This document shows, in pieces, positions 27,545 through 37,999 of a stretch of DNA of 64,000 bases. The stretch comes from an uncultured Acidobacteriota bacterium (lineage in GTDB: Bacteria; Acidobacteriota; UBA6911; RPQK01; JAPXNP01), in NCBI GenBank assembly GCA_963777605.1, contig CAVZRV010000010.1, forward strand, positions 512,001 to 576,000, read 5' to 3'. The translations under genes and the position numbers were made by a program. Under the pieces are notes generated by a model, which worked only from the letters and a program-made list of their open reading frames with translations, was not told where the DNA came from and ran no database searches. Each line of letters starts with the position of its first letter. The first letter of the stretch is position 1.

Positions 27545-29102
27545 ATGACTGAAATTCTGAACAGTTCAAGCCTTCAAGGCCCCTTCAAAACGAATCTGGT
27601 CCCATTTCTGGTTGCGCCGGACCGTCCGATCCAGGTTTACGCCCGCTCAATCCACCGCCTGGGCGCAAACCGGGCTTTTATTATCAGAGACAAGAGCGGC
27701 CGCCGGCTCGCCATCCTCGAAGACAAACCCGGTCAACGTGCGTCCGGCTCATTCGAACGCGAAGAGGTGTTTGACCTGCCCGGTAGCGCAAAGCTGAACC
27801 TGGGTCCGCTGTCTCGACAGAACGCCGCTTTCCTCCGGGAGCACTTCCCCTGGACGGCACCGCGTCTTTCGCCGGCAGGGCCTTCCTTCGGGCTCGGCGA
27901 CCGGCTCGGGTTGGCCGGTCCAGCCCACGTTCGTGCGGTCAGTGGCACCTCCCTTTTCCCGATTCTGGCCCAGCAGTCGATCCGGGAACTGGAGCGAACC
28001 CATAGAACGCCGCAGGAGGTCGTCGATTGTGCCACAGTCTCCGCCTTTCAAGAGGACCTGCAAAGTGGATTCGGTGCCGATGCCGACCACCTTAAGTCAA
28101 CCCGGGACATCGACCGGGTCAGCGGCGCCGGGTTCGGCTGGTACACGCTCGATCCCGGCGAGCACGTCGTCAATGAAGCCGACCACATGAGCCCGACCGA
28201 GTTGAAGAGCCGCGCGGAAGACCTGGACTGGAGTCGTCTGGGCAGGTCGATCGAGTCAGTCCGCGCCGATTATTCAGGGAAGACCTTCACGATCTCGGAT
28301 TCCTTCCAGTTGAGCCCGTCGGACGACGAGATCTGGAGGGCATGGGTAAAGTACGGCCGGGTGATCCGCCACGTCCATGAACTGCACGATCACCTCGAAA
28401 AGTGTTTCAGGAAAGACCGCTTCGAACTCGAACTGTCGGTCGATGAAACCGACTCGGTGACCAGCCCATTCGAGCATTTTCTGGTGGTCTCTGAACTGAA
28501 GAGGTTGGGCGTCCGAATCGACAGCATCGCGCCCCGCTTTGTGGGCAGATTTGAAAAGGGTGTCGATTTTCGCGGCGACCAGGACGAATTTGAGCGTCAA
28601 CTGGAACGCCACGTGGCGGTCTCCCGGAAGCTGGGCCCCTACAAGCTGAGTCTGCACTCCGGTAGCGACAAGTTCAGCATTTACCCGGCCTTCGCGCGAA
28701 ACTGCGGTAAGTACACCCATGTCAAAACAGCCGGCACCAGCTACCTGGAGGGCCTGCGCGCGATGACGGAGCTGGATCTGGCCCTGTTCAAGGAGATCCT
28801 CGACTTCTCCCGGGCTTGTTATCCGTCCGCCAAGGCCAGCTACCACGTCTCTGCCGAACTTGCCAACGTTCCCGAGGCTAGCCGCCGTGGACAGTGCGTC
28901 AGGGGCACGCCTTTTCGAGGCCAATGATGACGCCCGCCAGGTCTTGCACGTCGCCTACGGAGATGTTCTGTGCGCCGAACTCCCGGACGGTCGAAGCCGT
29001 TTTCGAGAGCGGCTCCTGCAGGCCCTCGACGCCGGAGAGGAAGTCCACTTCCGCTGTCTCGAGGCCCATTTCGAGAGGCACTTTTCGCAATTACGAGGCT
29101 GA
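27545..29102 (+). CDS. uxaE: Tagaturonate/fructuronate epimerase; +1 frameshift at about 28871-28880
   Basis: SFGLGDRLGLA, AQQSIREL, GADADHLK, ELSVDET, KLSLHSGSDKFS, HVKTAGTSYLE; the second frame gives DARQVLHVAYG. Confidence 0.9.
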
Positions 29103-29156
29103 CCGTTCAGGAGTTTTGATCGACATCGGGCGGATGAATCCTTATCCTAAGGAGCC

Positions 29157-31118
29157 ATGCGCGATCTGACCCGACGGACCTTTCTGTCTTCGGTCGGCAG
29201 CTACACGCTGGTTGTCAAGGCGAATCCTTCGTCTGATCCAAACGAACGGACACACTCCCAGGCGCCTGAACCGTCCGTTCCATCTGCGCCTTCCCGCCCC
29301 CTCCGCGGCGAGGAACCTCACATGCGGACGGTGGACCTGAACTGCGGCGTCCTGGTTGCCGGAGGAGGCCTCGCCGGAGTCTGTGCAGCGATTGCAGCCG
29401 CCCGCCACGGAGCCAGGGTCGTGCTCGTCCAGGATCGTTCCCGGCTGGGAGGAAACTCGAGCAGCGAAGTGCGCATGCACGTTGTCGGCGCGGACACTCA
29501 CGGCCAGCGCCCGAACTGGCGGGAAGGAGGCCTGATCGAGGAATTCCGCCTCGAAGATGCCACGCGTAATCCCTATCGGTCGTTCGAACTGTGGGACCTG
29601 CTTCTTTACGAGAAGTGCCTCGCAGAGCCCAACCTGACCCTGCTCCTGGACACCACTCTCTATTCCGTGTTCCGCTCGGAGAACCGGATCCAACAGGCAC
29701 TGGCCCGCTGCGACAAGAGCGAGCACATCTACCGGATCGCGGCGTCCATCTTCTGTGACTGTACCGGAGACAGCCGGCTGGCACTCGAGGCGGGCGCAGA
29801 ATTTCGCATGGGCCGTGAAGCCAGGGATGAGCTGGGTGAGTCACTCGCTCCCCTGGAAGCGGACGACCACACGCAGGGATCGAGCATACTGTTCACCGCC
29901 CGCCGCCACTCCAGACCGACTACGTTTCGGCCCCCGAGATGGGCCCGGACGATCACCCGGGAACAGCTGAAGTTCCGACCGCCCGGAACCGACTCGTGGG
30001 AGTACGGCTACTGGTGGATCGAGTTGGGCGGGATGTACAACACCATCTCCGACAACGAGCGCCTTCGCTTCGAACTGCTCGCCGTCGTCCTGGGGGTCTG
30101 GGACTACATTAAGAATTCAGGAGAGTTCCCTTCCAGCGAAAATTGGGCGCTCGAAACGGTCGGCATGGTTCCCGGAAAGCGGGAGTCGCGCAGGGTGATG
30201 GGCGAAATTCTCCAAACTCAGGCCATGCTCGACGGGGGCTGGAAAGCGATGACCGACGGAGTCGCAATTGGAGGCTGGAATTTCGACGACCACCCGCCGG
30301 GCGGATTCAACGCGTTCGATGTACCGCCATTCACGTCAGTGCCGGTTTCGGAACCCTACAACATCTCCTTCGGAGCTCTTTTCTCGAAGGACGTCGAGAA
30401 CCTGATGATGGCGGGCCGCAACATCAGCAACAGTCACGTTGCATTTTCGTCCACTCGAGTCATGGCGACCTGTGCCTGCATCGGACAGGCGGTCGGAACG
30501 GCTGCCGCCGCCTGCGCTCTCCGGAACATCCTGCCTGCGGATATCCGCAATGATCCCGTCCGGATGAACCACCTTCAACAGGCGCTGTTGCGGGATGACC
30601 AGACCATTCGGGGCGTCACCAACCGCGACCGGAGGGACCGTGCATTGAAGTCCCGTGCCACGGCTTCGAGCACGATTGAGGGTTCCAATCCCGGCAATGT
30701 ACTCACCGGGCTCACGCGGGATCCGGACGGCGGCTTTTCCAATCGGTGGGTTGCAGCCATGCCAGAGTCGGCCGGTACTGTGGGGCCGTGGATCGAGCTC
30801 AGGTGGGAGGAACCGGTGATCGTCCGTAAAGTCCACCTCACGTTCGACTCCGGGTTTGAGCGGGAACTCACCCTCTCGGCGAGCGATCACGTGACCCGCA
30901 GGGTCATTCGCGGGCCTCAGCCGGAGACCGTCCGCGACTATACGGTCACGGCGGAGACAGAAGATCAGGGGCAGGTTGAACTCTGTTCGGTCACCGAAAA
31001 CTACCAGCGCCTGCGCCGCCATTCCTTCACGCCGGTTCGGATCCATTCCCTGCGGGTTCAGGTGCTGGCGACCAACGGCGACTCCCTGGCCCGGATTTAC
31101 GAGATCCGTTGCTACTAA
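29157..31118 (+). CDS. Tat-exported FAD-dependent oxidoreductase (FAD_oxidored family) with a C-terminal discoidin-like domain
   Basis: TRRTFL leader; VAGGGLAGVCAA, LGGNSSSE, DCTGD, GKRESRR, AGRNIS, STRVMATC, ARIYEIRCY. Confidence 0.85.
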   Translation: MRDLTRRTFLSSVGSYTLVVKANPSSDPNERTHSQAPEPSVPSAPSRPLRGEEPHMRTVDLNCGVLVAGGGLAGVCAAIAAARHGARVVLVQDRSRLGGNSSSEVRMHVVGADTHGQRPNWREGGLIEEFRLEDATRNPYRSFELWDLLLYEKCLAEPNLTLLLDTTLYSVFRSENRIQQALARCDKSEHIYRIAASIFCDCTGDSRLALEAGAEFRMGREARDELGESLAPLEADDHTQGSSILFTARRHSRPTTFRPPRWARTITREQLKFRPPGTDSWEYGYWWIELGGMYNTISDNERLRFELLAVVLGVWDYIKNSGEFPSSENWALETVGMVPGKRESRRVMGEILQTQAMLDGGWKAMTDGVAIGGWNFDDHPPGGFNAFDVPPFTSVPVSEPYNISFGALFSKDVENLMMAGRNISNSHVAFSSTRVMATCACIGQAVGTAAAACALRNILPADIRNDPVRMNHLQQALLRDDQTIRGVTNRDRRDRALKSRATASSTIEGSNPGNVLTGLTRDPDGGFSNRWVAAMPESAGTVGPWIELRWEEPVIVRKVHLTFDSGFERELTLSASDHVTRRVIRGPQPETVRDYTVTAETEDQGQVELCSVTENYQRLRRHSFTPVRIHSLRVQVLATNGDSLARIYEIRCY

Positions 31119-31178
31119 ACTTCCCTTCAGGAGATGCTCTGCCCGGTTACGGTAAACTGTGCCTACAAGGAGGGTTCA

Positions 31179-31766
31179 ATGGCAAGCAAGAAGATTCTCA
31201 TGCTGGTGGGAGATTTCGTTGAAGACTACGAGGCCATGGTGCCTTTTCAGATTTTGACAATGGTCGGGCACTCCGTTGACACGGTCTGTCCCGGAAAAAA
31301 GCCGGGTGAGTCGGTTCGGACCGCCATCCACGATTTTGAGGGCGACCAGACCTACAGCGAAAAGCCCGGGCACCGGTTTCCGGTCACTGCCGACTTCGAC
31401 CAGGTGAACGTGGCTGACTACGACGCCCTGGTTGTTCCCGGGGGACGCGCCCCGGAGTACCTGCGGCTGAACGACCGCCTGATCGAGATCGTTCGTGAAT
31501 TCTCCGCAGCCGGAAAACCGATTGCTTCCATCTGCCACGGCCAGCAGATTCTGGTCACGGCCGGCGTCGTCAGCGGAAAGTTGTGTACGGCATACCCCGC
31601 GGTTAAGCCGGATATCGTGCAGGCTGGGGGGCGCTGGGGCGAAGTCAACGAAACATTCTCGAACGCCTATGTCGATGGCGGCCTGGTCACGGCCCCGGCC
31701 TGGCCCGCTCACCCCGAGTGGATGCGCAAGTTCCTCGAAGTGCTGGGATCGAGAATCGACCCTTAG
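31179..31766 (+). CDS. DJ-1/PfpI family protein
   Basis: [22 protein letters not shown] nucleophile elbow, TAPAWPAHP. Confidence 0.92.
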   Translation: MASKKILMLVGDFVEDYEAMVPFQILTMVGHSVDTVCPGKKPGESVRTAIHDFEGDQTYSEKPGHRFPVTADFDQVNVADYDALVVPGGRAPEYLRLNDRLIEIVREFSAAGKPIASICHGQQILVTAGVVSGKLCTAYPAVKPDIVQAGGRWGEVNETFSNAYVDGGLVTAPAWPAHPEWMRKFLEVLGSRIDP

Positions 31767-31771
31767 CAGCC

Positions 31772-32608
31772 TTACCTGCGAACCTGCTCCCGGACGGAAT
31801 GGAGAAAGTCGGTGAGGTGGCCCAGGAACGCTTCCCTGCAGTCCAGAAAAGGCCAGTGGCCGGCACCGGAGACACCGACCAGGTTGGCACCTGAGGCTTC
31901 GAGCAAATCGAGAGAGCGGTGGCCGGCACCGCCGTCGAGTCCCGCCACGTAAACTCCAGGCATCGAGAGTCGGGAAAACCGCTCAGCCAGGTCTTCCCGG
32001 CTCGAGTACTCGACCAACTCGCGCCCGTTGAGGTGAAATGCCCGGGGATCGGCAAACATCAGGCTCGCAAAATAGCTGCGGGCGGCCGGCTCGGCAATGC
32101 CCAGTTCAAAGACCCATTCCCGAAAGTCGTTCCAGGAACGCTCGACGAAACGGGCCTCGTCCGTCGCCGCCGCCTTGCTGCTGAACATGCAGTCCTGAAG
32201 GCTGATGTTGCCTTCGATGTTGACGAAACCTTCGAAACGATCTGGGTGGCGCTCAGTGCAGAGCTGACCGATAACTCCGCCCATTGAGTGGCCGACCAGG
32301 ATCACCGGGTGGAGTGCCATCTCTTCGAGGATCACACGAACCAGTCCGGAGAAATCGGCCAGCGTCAGCGGCCTCTCGAGCCACTCCGATCGCCCGTACC
32401 CGGGAAGATCAGGCATGACTTGCATCCACGAGGCCAACCGGGGGTCGGTAGCCAGTGACTCGAAGCAGAGGCTGGACTCCCCGAGCCCGTGGATATAGAG
32501 AATTGTCCCAACGGGGACCCTCGGAAGAATCGACTTGACGAAAACCCGACTCACTACCGGGTGCGCAACGGAGATCAGCTGGTGGTGAATTGGAAGTGCC
32601 CGAAACAT
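31772..32608 (-). CDS. Alpha/beta fold hydrolase (start uncertain)
   Basis: YIHGLG, DLPGYGRS, GHSMGG, NIEGN, AGHW. Confidence 0.85.
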   Translation of the reverse strand: MFRALPIHHQLISVAHPVVSRVFVKSILPRVPVGTILYIHGLGESSLCFESLATDPRLASWMQVMPDLPGYGRSEWLERPLTLADFSGLVRVILEEMALHPVILVGHSMGGVIGQLCTERHPDRFEGFVNIEGNISLQDCMFSSKAAATDEARFVERSWNDFREWVFELGIAEPAARSYFASLMFADPRAFHLNGRELVEYSSREDLAERFSRLSMPGVYVAGLDGGAGHRSLDLLEASGANLVGVSGAGHWPFLDCREAFLGHLTDFLHSVREQVRR

Positions 32609-35600
32609 CGGCGAGATGCTACCACGCCGAGGAGACGGATAAACTGCTGGCGTCCGACGAGAGATGAAGACTCCAGGCTGGGAAACCGATCGGTCGACCA
32701 CGATGATCGCGTCACTTCGCCGGCCGCTGTTCCCAAACCCTGCCCACCCGCCCAGTTCCGCGCGGTAAAGTCGAGTCCGATACTGAATCGGCTCAACTCA
32801 GCGGCAATCGGTGCAAAGCTCCAGATGTGCACTCGGTTGGCTGCCGAAGAGAGAAAGAGTCGATCACCCTCTGCCCCGAAACAGATCCCGGTGACCGATT
32901 GGGGGTCGTCGAGGCGGAGGTTGGCGATCGTCTTGAGAGTAGGGCTTTCCAGAACCCGTATCGAATTCTGGTCCAGCACCAGGGCGACCAGGTTGCCATC
33001 CGGCGAAAAGGCGAGTTTCCCCGGAAGGTTCGAGAACCGGTCGGGTCGTTTGACCTGGAGTACCTCGTTCCAGGTTTCGGTCTCCCAGAAACGGTATTCT
33101 CCGCTGGAACCGGTGGCGAGCAGGTTGCCGGAAGGACTGAACTCGACAGCGACTGTTCGTTCTCCGGCTAGCAGTTCGGTGATGACGCGGCCGGTATGAC
33201 CGTCCCAGACGACCGTGCGGTCTCCCCTCCAATTCCCGACCGCCACCATCCCGCCCCGCCGACTCACGGAAGGATGGGCGGCTGTCGGAAAGGCGTTCAA
33301 GAGAAGCACGCGGGTTCGATCCGCAAGGCTGCGCACCATTGCACGTTCTCCTCGATGAAAGGAAGCCAGTTGCGTCCGTGACGGATCCACCGCCGCGTAG
33401 AAGCAGGATGCGGGCTCCAGAATCTCCGGCTCCAGTGCGGAGGCACCCCAAGCCGATTCCGGAAGGGTCCAGAGCAAAAGTCCGTCCGATCCGCAGCTGA
33501 CCAGTTGACGGTCTCCGGACACAAAAAAAAGATCTTTGACAAGTCCCGTCGAAATCGCGCGGACAGGCTCAGAACCGTCCAGCGTCCGAATCTGGATTCC
33601 ATCTCCCGCTCCCGACGCGAGCAGGCGCCCGTCGGCCGAGTTGTCGATACAAAGAGGCCCTTTTCCCGTATGTCCATACAAGGTCTGGAAGCTGTCCCCG
33701 TGCCGAAGACGCCAGAGACCCAGGTCGCTTCCGCCAACGAAACCAACAGTTCCGCCGTCCGAGGAGAATCCCAGGGCCTGCTCCTGGAGTTGGATGAGCT
33801 GCTCCCCCGAAAAGGCGTTCCAGAGGCGGGACGTCTCGTCCCAGGAATAGGTCAGGACCAACGGAAGTCTGGGGTGAAAAGCGAGCTTGACGATCTCTGC
33901 CTGGTGCCCGGTCAGGACCGCCGTGGGTCGCCCGGATTCCATCGACCAGACGAGCGCCCTGGAGGCTCCATAACCCACCGCCAGGTGTTTTCCGTCTCCG
34001 CTCCAGTCCAAACAATAGGCCGGGGTGTCTGCTTCAAATTGCCGGACGACCGCCCCGTCCGAGCGCCTGAAGACCAGAGTGAGTCCCTCCCGGCTTCCGA
34101 CCGCCAACAACCGGTCGTCCGGACTGAATCGGATCTGGGTACAAGAGCCGGTGACTTGCCGCTGAAGCTGCTTCCGGCCCGTCTTCAATTCATAGGTGAC
34201 CAGGAAGCCGTGTTCATTGGCGATGGCAAGAAGCCTGGAATCCCGTGAAAACGCCAGCGACGCACCCTGGATGAGACCAGGCAGTTCGAGAATCGGCCGC
34301 CCCGTCAAGAGGTCCCAGACCCGCACACAGGCCCCCTCCCAGGAATCTGCCCGGTGGTACTTCACCGCCAGGTACCGACCGTTGCCGCTGTGCGTCGAAA
34401 CCCACGGGGCTCCCGGCGGTCCGCTGAGGACGTTCAACAACCTGCCGCTCCCCGTCTCGCGGATCTCGATGTCGCCTGAAACCAGGCCGAGAGCGTAGCT
34501 CCCGCTGCCGGGTTCGAAACTGACCGAGACTGACTCCTCGACAGGCCTCGGCCAGCGGGAGAACTCCTCCAGGTCGGTGAGCATGGCACTGGCAATCCCC
34601 TCGTCCCGCAAGTCCCCGCCAGTCTGGATCTCAGCGGCCTGGGAGAGCAGTGTCAGAGCCTGCATCCGCCTTCCGGGCGAATGACCGCGACGCAGCGCGG
34701 TCGCCTGGGCCAACAGGGCATTGCGCAGCCTCAGGTTGGCCTCCCGTTCCGACGAACGGGCCTTGACCGCCTGGCGTTCCGCCTCCAGCCGCGCCTGGTC
34801 CGCCTCCACGAGACCGATCGTCATCCCCACCACTCCCAGCAGAAGAGCGCAAAGGGCAATCGCGGCGGCAGCAAGAAACGGGCGGTGCCGCTTCATGAAC
34901 TTGCCCGCGCGATACAGCGTCCCTCCGGGCCGAACCGACACCGGCTCGTCGTTGAGGAATCTCTCGATGTCTTGGGCCAGCGAGGTCGCCGAATCGTAGC
35001 GATCGATCCGGTCATGTGCCGTCGCCCGGGTCACGATACAGTCGAGGTCCCCACTCAATTCGGAAACCAGATCCCTGCACGAGGACGAACGGGCCGCAGC
35101 AATCGCCTCTCCTCGACGACCCAGATTCAAGAGCCGGGAGCTGGGCATAGAGATTCCACCGGACGAGCCGGTCGGCCCTGACCGGGCCTCCCAGCCCTTG
35201 TCGTTGGAAAGATCCCAGGGCAGCACACCGACCAGGAGTTCGTAAAGCATCACGCCCAGCGAATAGATGTCGGACCGGGTATCGATGTCCAGGCCGGTCC
35301 GGTCCGCCTGCTCCGGGCTCATGTAGGCCGGAGTTCCAATAACAGCCTGGCTCTGAGTCAACTCCAGGTCTTCGGACAGCTTCGGGCCAATCGCCTTGGC
35401 TATCCCAAAGTCGATGACCTTGGGAACCGGCCGGCCGTCCTGCATGGCGACGAGAACGTTTGAGGGCTTCAGATCCCGATGAATGACTCCCTTCTGATGA
35501 GCGTGCTGGACAGCCCTGCAGAGCGTGATCAAGAGGATCAGGCGATCACGGACCGAAAGACGATTCTGATCGCAATAGCGGGTGATCGGGATCCCCTCGA

Positions 35601-36057
35601 CCAGTTCCATAACGAAGTAGGGTCGTCCATCCGGTGCCTCACCCGCGTCGAGCACCTTGGCGATGTTCGGATGGTCCATCACCGCCAGCGCCTGCCGCTC
35701 CGCTTCGAAGCGCGCAAACACCTGCTTCGAGTCCATGTCCTGGCGAACCAGCTTGAGAGCCACCCTGCGGCGGACCGGAAAGCGCTGTTCGGCCTCGTAA
35801 ACCACTCCCATGCCCCCCTCGCCCAGAACCCGGACCGGCAGGTAGGGACCGATAGGACGCATTTCGGAATCGGGTTTGGGAACGAGGCCTGAAAGGCTCA
35901 CCTCATCCGCTATTCGATGGGCTTCGAGCAACCGCCGGATCCTCTCCTCCAAGGCGGGATCATTCTTGCAGGCGTCCGCTATGAACCGGTCCCGTTCGTG
36001 TAGGGGACAGACCAGACACGCTTCAAAGATTTCTCGTTCGCTGGAGTCTCTCAACAT
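32575..36057 (-). CDS. Hanks-type Ser/Thr kinase with a TM helix and C-terminal WD40 beta-propeller
   Basis: LGEGGMG, VALK, HRDLKPSN, DFGIAK, GTPAYMSPEQ; TM AAAAIALCALLLGVVG; WD40 repeats such as GHQAEIVKLAFHP...SWDETSRLWN. Confidence 0.92.
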   Translation of the reverse strand: MLRDSSEREIFEACLVCPLHERDRFIADACKNDPALEERIRRLLEAHRIADEVSLSGLVPKPDSEMRPIGPYLPVRVLGEGGMGVVYEAEQRFPVRRRVALKLVRQDMDSKQVFARFEAERQALAVMDHPNIAKVLDAGEAPDGRPYFVMELVEGIPITRYCDQNRLSVRDRLILLITLCRAVQHAHQKGVIHRDLKPSNVLVAMQDGRPVPKVIDFGIAKAIGPKLSEDLELTQSQAVIGTPAYMSPEQADRTGLDIDTRSDIYSLGVMLYELLVGVLPWDLSNDKGWEARSGPTGSSGGISMPSSRLLNLGRRGEAIAAARSSSCRDLVSELSGDLDCIVTRATAHDRIDRYDSATSLAQDIERFLNDEPVSVRPGGTLYRAGKFMKRHRPFLAAAAIALCALLLGVVGMTIGLVEADQARLEAERQAVKARSSEREANLRLRNALLAQATALRRGHSPGRRMQALTLLSQAAEIQTGGDLRDEGIASAMLTDLEEFSRWPRPVEESVSVSFEPGSGSYALGLVSGDIEIRETGSGRLLNVLSGPPGAPWVSTHSGNGRYLAVKYHRADSWEGACVRVWDLLTGRPILELPGLIQGASLAFSRDSRLLAIANEHGFLVTYELKTGRKQLQRQVTGSCTQIRFSPDDRLLAVGSREGLTLVFRRSDGAVVRQFEADTPAYCLDWSGDGKHLAVGYGASRALVWSMESGRPTAVLTGHQAEIVKLAFHPRLPLVLTYSWDETSRLWNAFSGEQLIQLQEQALGFSSDGGTVGFVGGSDLGLWRLRHGDSFQTLYGHTGKGPLCIDNSADGRLLASGAGDGIQIRTLDGSEPVRAISTGLVKDLFFVSGDRQLVSCGSDGLLLWTLPESAWGASALEPEILEPASCFYAAVDPSRTQLASFHRGERAMVRSLADRTRVLLLNAFPTAAHPSVSRRGGMVAVGNWRGDRTVVWDGHTGRVITELLAGERTVAVEFSPSGNLLATGSSGEYRFWETETWNEVLQVKRPDRFSNLPGKLAFSPDGNLVALVLDQNSIRVLESPTLKTIANLRLDDPQSVTGICFGAEGDRLFLSSAANRVHIWSFAPIAAELSRFSIGLDFTARNWAGGQGLGTAAGEVTRSSWSTDRFPSLESSSLVGRQQFIRLLGVVASRRCFGHFQFTTS

Positions 36058-36230
36058 TTGTCCAGAAACCCTGGTTATTGCGACGGACCTGTTTCACATG
36101 GTTGAGCAGGAAGCAGGTGGGAACAGTCAGATTAGTCAAGGAATATAACAAGAAAGCAATTACTGGACAATCTATTTCTCTTTGTGGAAACGTTGGGACA
36201 GAACGGCAGCCATTGACGGTCAGCCTTGGT

Positions 36231-36788
36231 TCAGGCCCCTTTCATATGGGTCAGAAGCCAGGCCCGTGCGTACAGCCAGTCTCGCTTGACCGTAGCCGGA
36301 GAAATCCCAAGGATCTCAGCGGTCTCCTCGATGCTGAACCCTCCGAAATAGCGCAACTCCACAACCTGGACCAGCCGCTGATCCTCGGCTTCTAAAGCCT
36401 TTAACGCTTCGTCCAGCGCAAACAGGTCCAACTGGCGGTCGTCCGAGGCGACGGCCAGTTCATCGAACGTCATCTTGTTGACAGCCCCTCCGCGCTTCAG
36501 CGCAGCCCGTGACCGGGCGTAGTCGATGAGGACTCTCCGCATCGCCTTGGCAGCCGCACCGAAAAAGTGGCGCCGGTTCTCCCAACGGGGTTCACCTTCG
36601 AACAGCCGAATAAATGCCTCATTGACCAGCGCGGTCGGCTGGAGAAGGTGCCCGGGTGATTCCCGCTTCATCAGGATTGCCGACAACCGCCGAAGCTCCG
36701 AGTAGAGCGCGTTGATCAAACGGTCGAAGGCCTCCCGATCGCCCTGGTTCACACTCTCGAGAAGTTGTGTGATGTTGTTTTCAGTCAC
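36231..36788 (-). CDS. ECF sigma factor of the kinase-associated type (TIGR02999-like)
   Basis: ITQLL, LYSELRRL, LLQPTALVNEAFIRL, HFFGAAAKAMRRVLIDYAR, VELRYFGG, TVKRDW. Confidence 0.9.
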   Translation of the reverse strand: MTENNITQLLESVNQGDREAFDRLINALYSELRRLSAILMKRESPGHLLQPTALVNEAFIRLFEGEPRWENRRHFFGAAAKAMRRVLIDYARSRAALKRGGAVNKMTFDELAVASDDRQLDLFALDEALKALEAEDQRLVQVVELRYFGGFSIEETAEILGISPATVKRDWLYARAWLLTHMKGA

Positions 36789-36939
36789 GCTGTATTCTTT
36801 CTCCGAAGCAGGTCCAGCCGGGATCAGGTGAGGGGTTTTCCTGACTCTATTCCCAAATTCCGAGAAAGTGAAGCTCCGGTGAGCCTCCAGTCGCTGATTC
36901 TCCGCACGTAGATACAGAAGGCAAAAAGGAGGTTCACGC

Positions 36940-37700
36940 ATGAAAGATTCAAAGGGCTCACTCAATCGGCTGGCGACATTCATCTATGGGGTCGTCTGCT
37001 ACATCATCTTCTTGGGGACGTTTCTTTACCTGATCGGATTTGTCTCCGGATATCTCGTTCCCAAGACTCTCTCGTCAGGGTCGTCGGACAACCTGGGACT
37101 CGCAGTCGTAATCGACGCGCTCCTGCTCTCACTGTTCGCTGCCCAACACAACGTGATGGCGCGGCCGGAGTTCAAGAAGTGGTGGACGGGCATCGTGCCG
37201 CCTGCCACCGAGCGCAGTACCTTCGTCCTGCTCTCCAGTGCGAGCCTGATCCTGATGTTCGTGTTCTGGTCGCCGCTTCCCACCGTCATCTGGAGCCTCG
37301 AGGGCGGCCTGGCGTACTGGCTGGTTAGCGCCACGGCCGCAATCGGATGGATCGTGGTCTTGCTCTCGACCTTTTTGATCAACCACTTCGATCTTTTCGG
37401 GCTGCGCCAGGTTTATGGCCGCCTCACCGGCACGGACCGCAGCAGTCGCCCGTTCAAGACGACCGGACTGTACAAGTACGTTCGCCACCCACTGATGCTG
37501 GGGTTTCTCATCGCTTTTTGGGCGACAACCACGATGACGATTGGGCACCTCCTCTTCGCGGGCTTTCTCACCCTGTGGGTGCTGGCCTCAATCCAACTCG
37601 AGAAACGGGACCTGGAAGCTTTCCACTGGGAGATCTATCGCGTCTACAAAAAGCGGGCCCCATGATTCTCACGCTAAAAGGTCCTTCCGGACGGCACTGA
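36940..37700 (+). CDS. mddA: Methanethiol S-methyltransferase (MddA)/ICMT-like membrane methyltransferase; probable -1 shift at about 37660
   Basis: QHNVMARPEFK, ERSTFVL, STFLINHFDLFGLRQ, LYKYVRHPLMLG, MTIGHLLFA. One extra C in the CCCC run extends the frame ...KRAPMIL to 37700. Confidence 0.75.
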
Positions 37701-37778
37701 ACAACCACGCAGAGACGTCTCCGTCTCTGACGGGACATTCCGGGGAGTAATGAAATGTTGTCAGGGATCAACGCGAGA

Positions 37779-37802
37779 TCAGACGGGCCCAGTCCCGTCT
37801 GA
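37779..37802. repeat. Intergenic 9-bp inverted repeat (hairpin)
   Basis: TCAGACGGG-CCCAGT-CCCGTCTGA. Confidence 0.5.
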
Positions 37803-37999
37803 CTGAATCTGCTTCGGCGGACGAATGCGCTTTCACTCCAGGACCGGCAGCAGAAACTCTTCCCGGTAGCGGCCGTCCGCCGACTTCCTGAACTCGGTCA
37901 GACCTGTCCAGCAGGTCCGGTCCAGAATGCTCAGACGCTCGAGAACTCGACACGATCGTTGTGCTTGTTCCCTCGTCGATATCCCACTAAACTCCAGCC

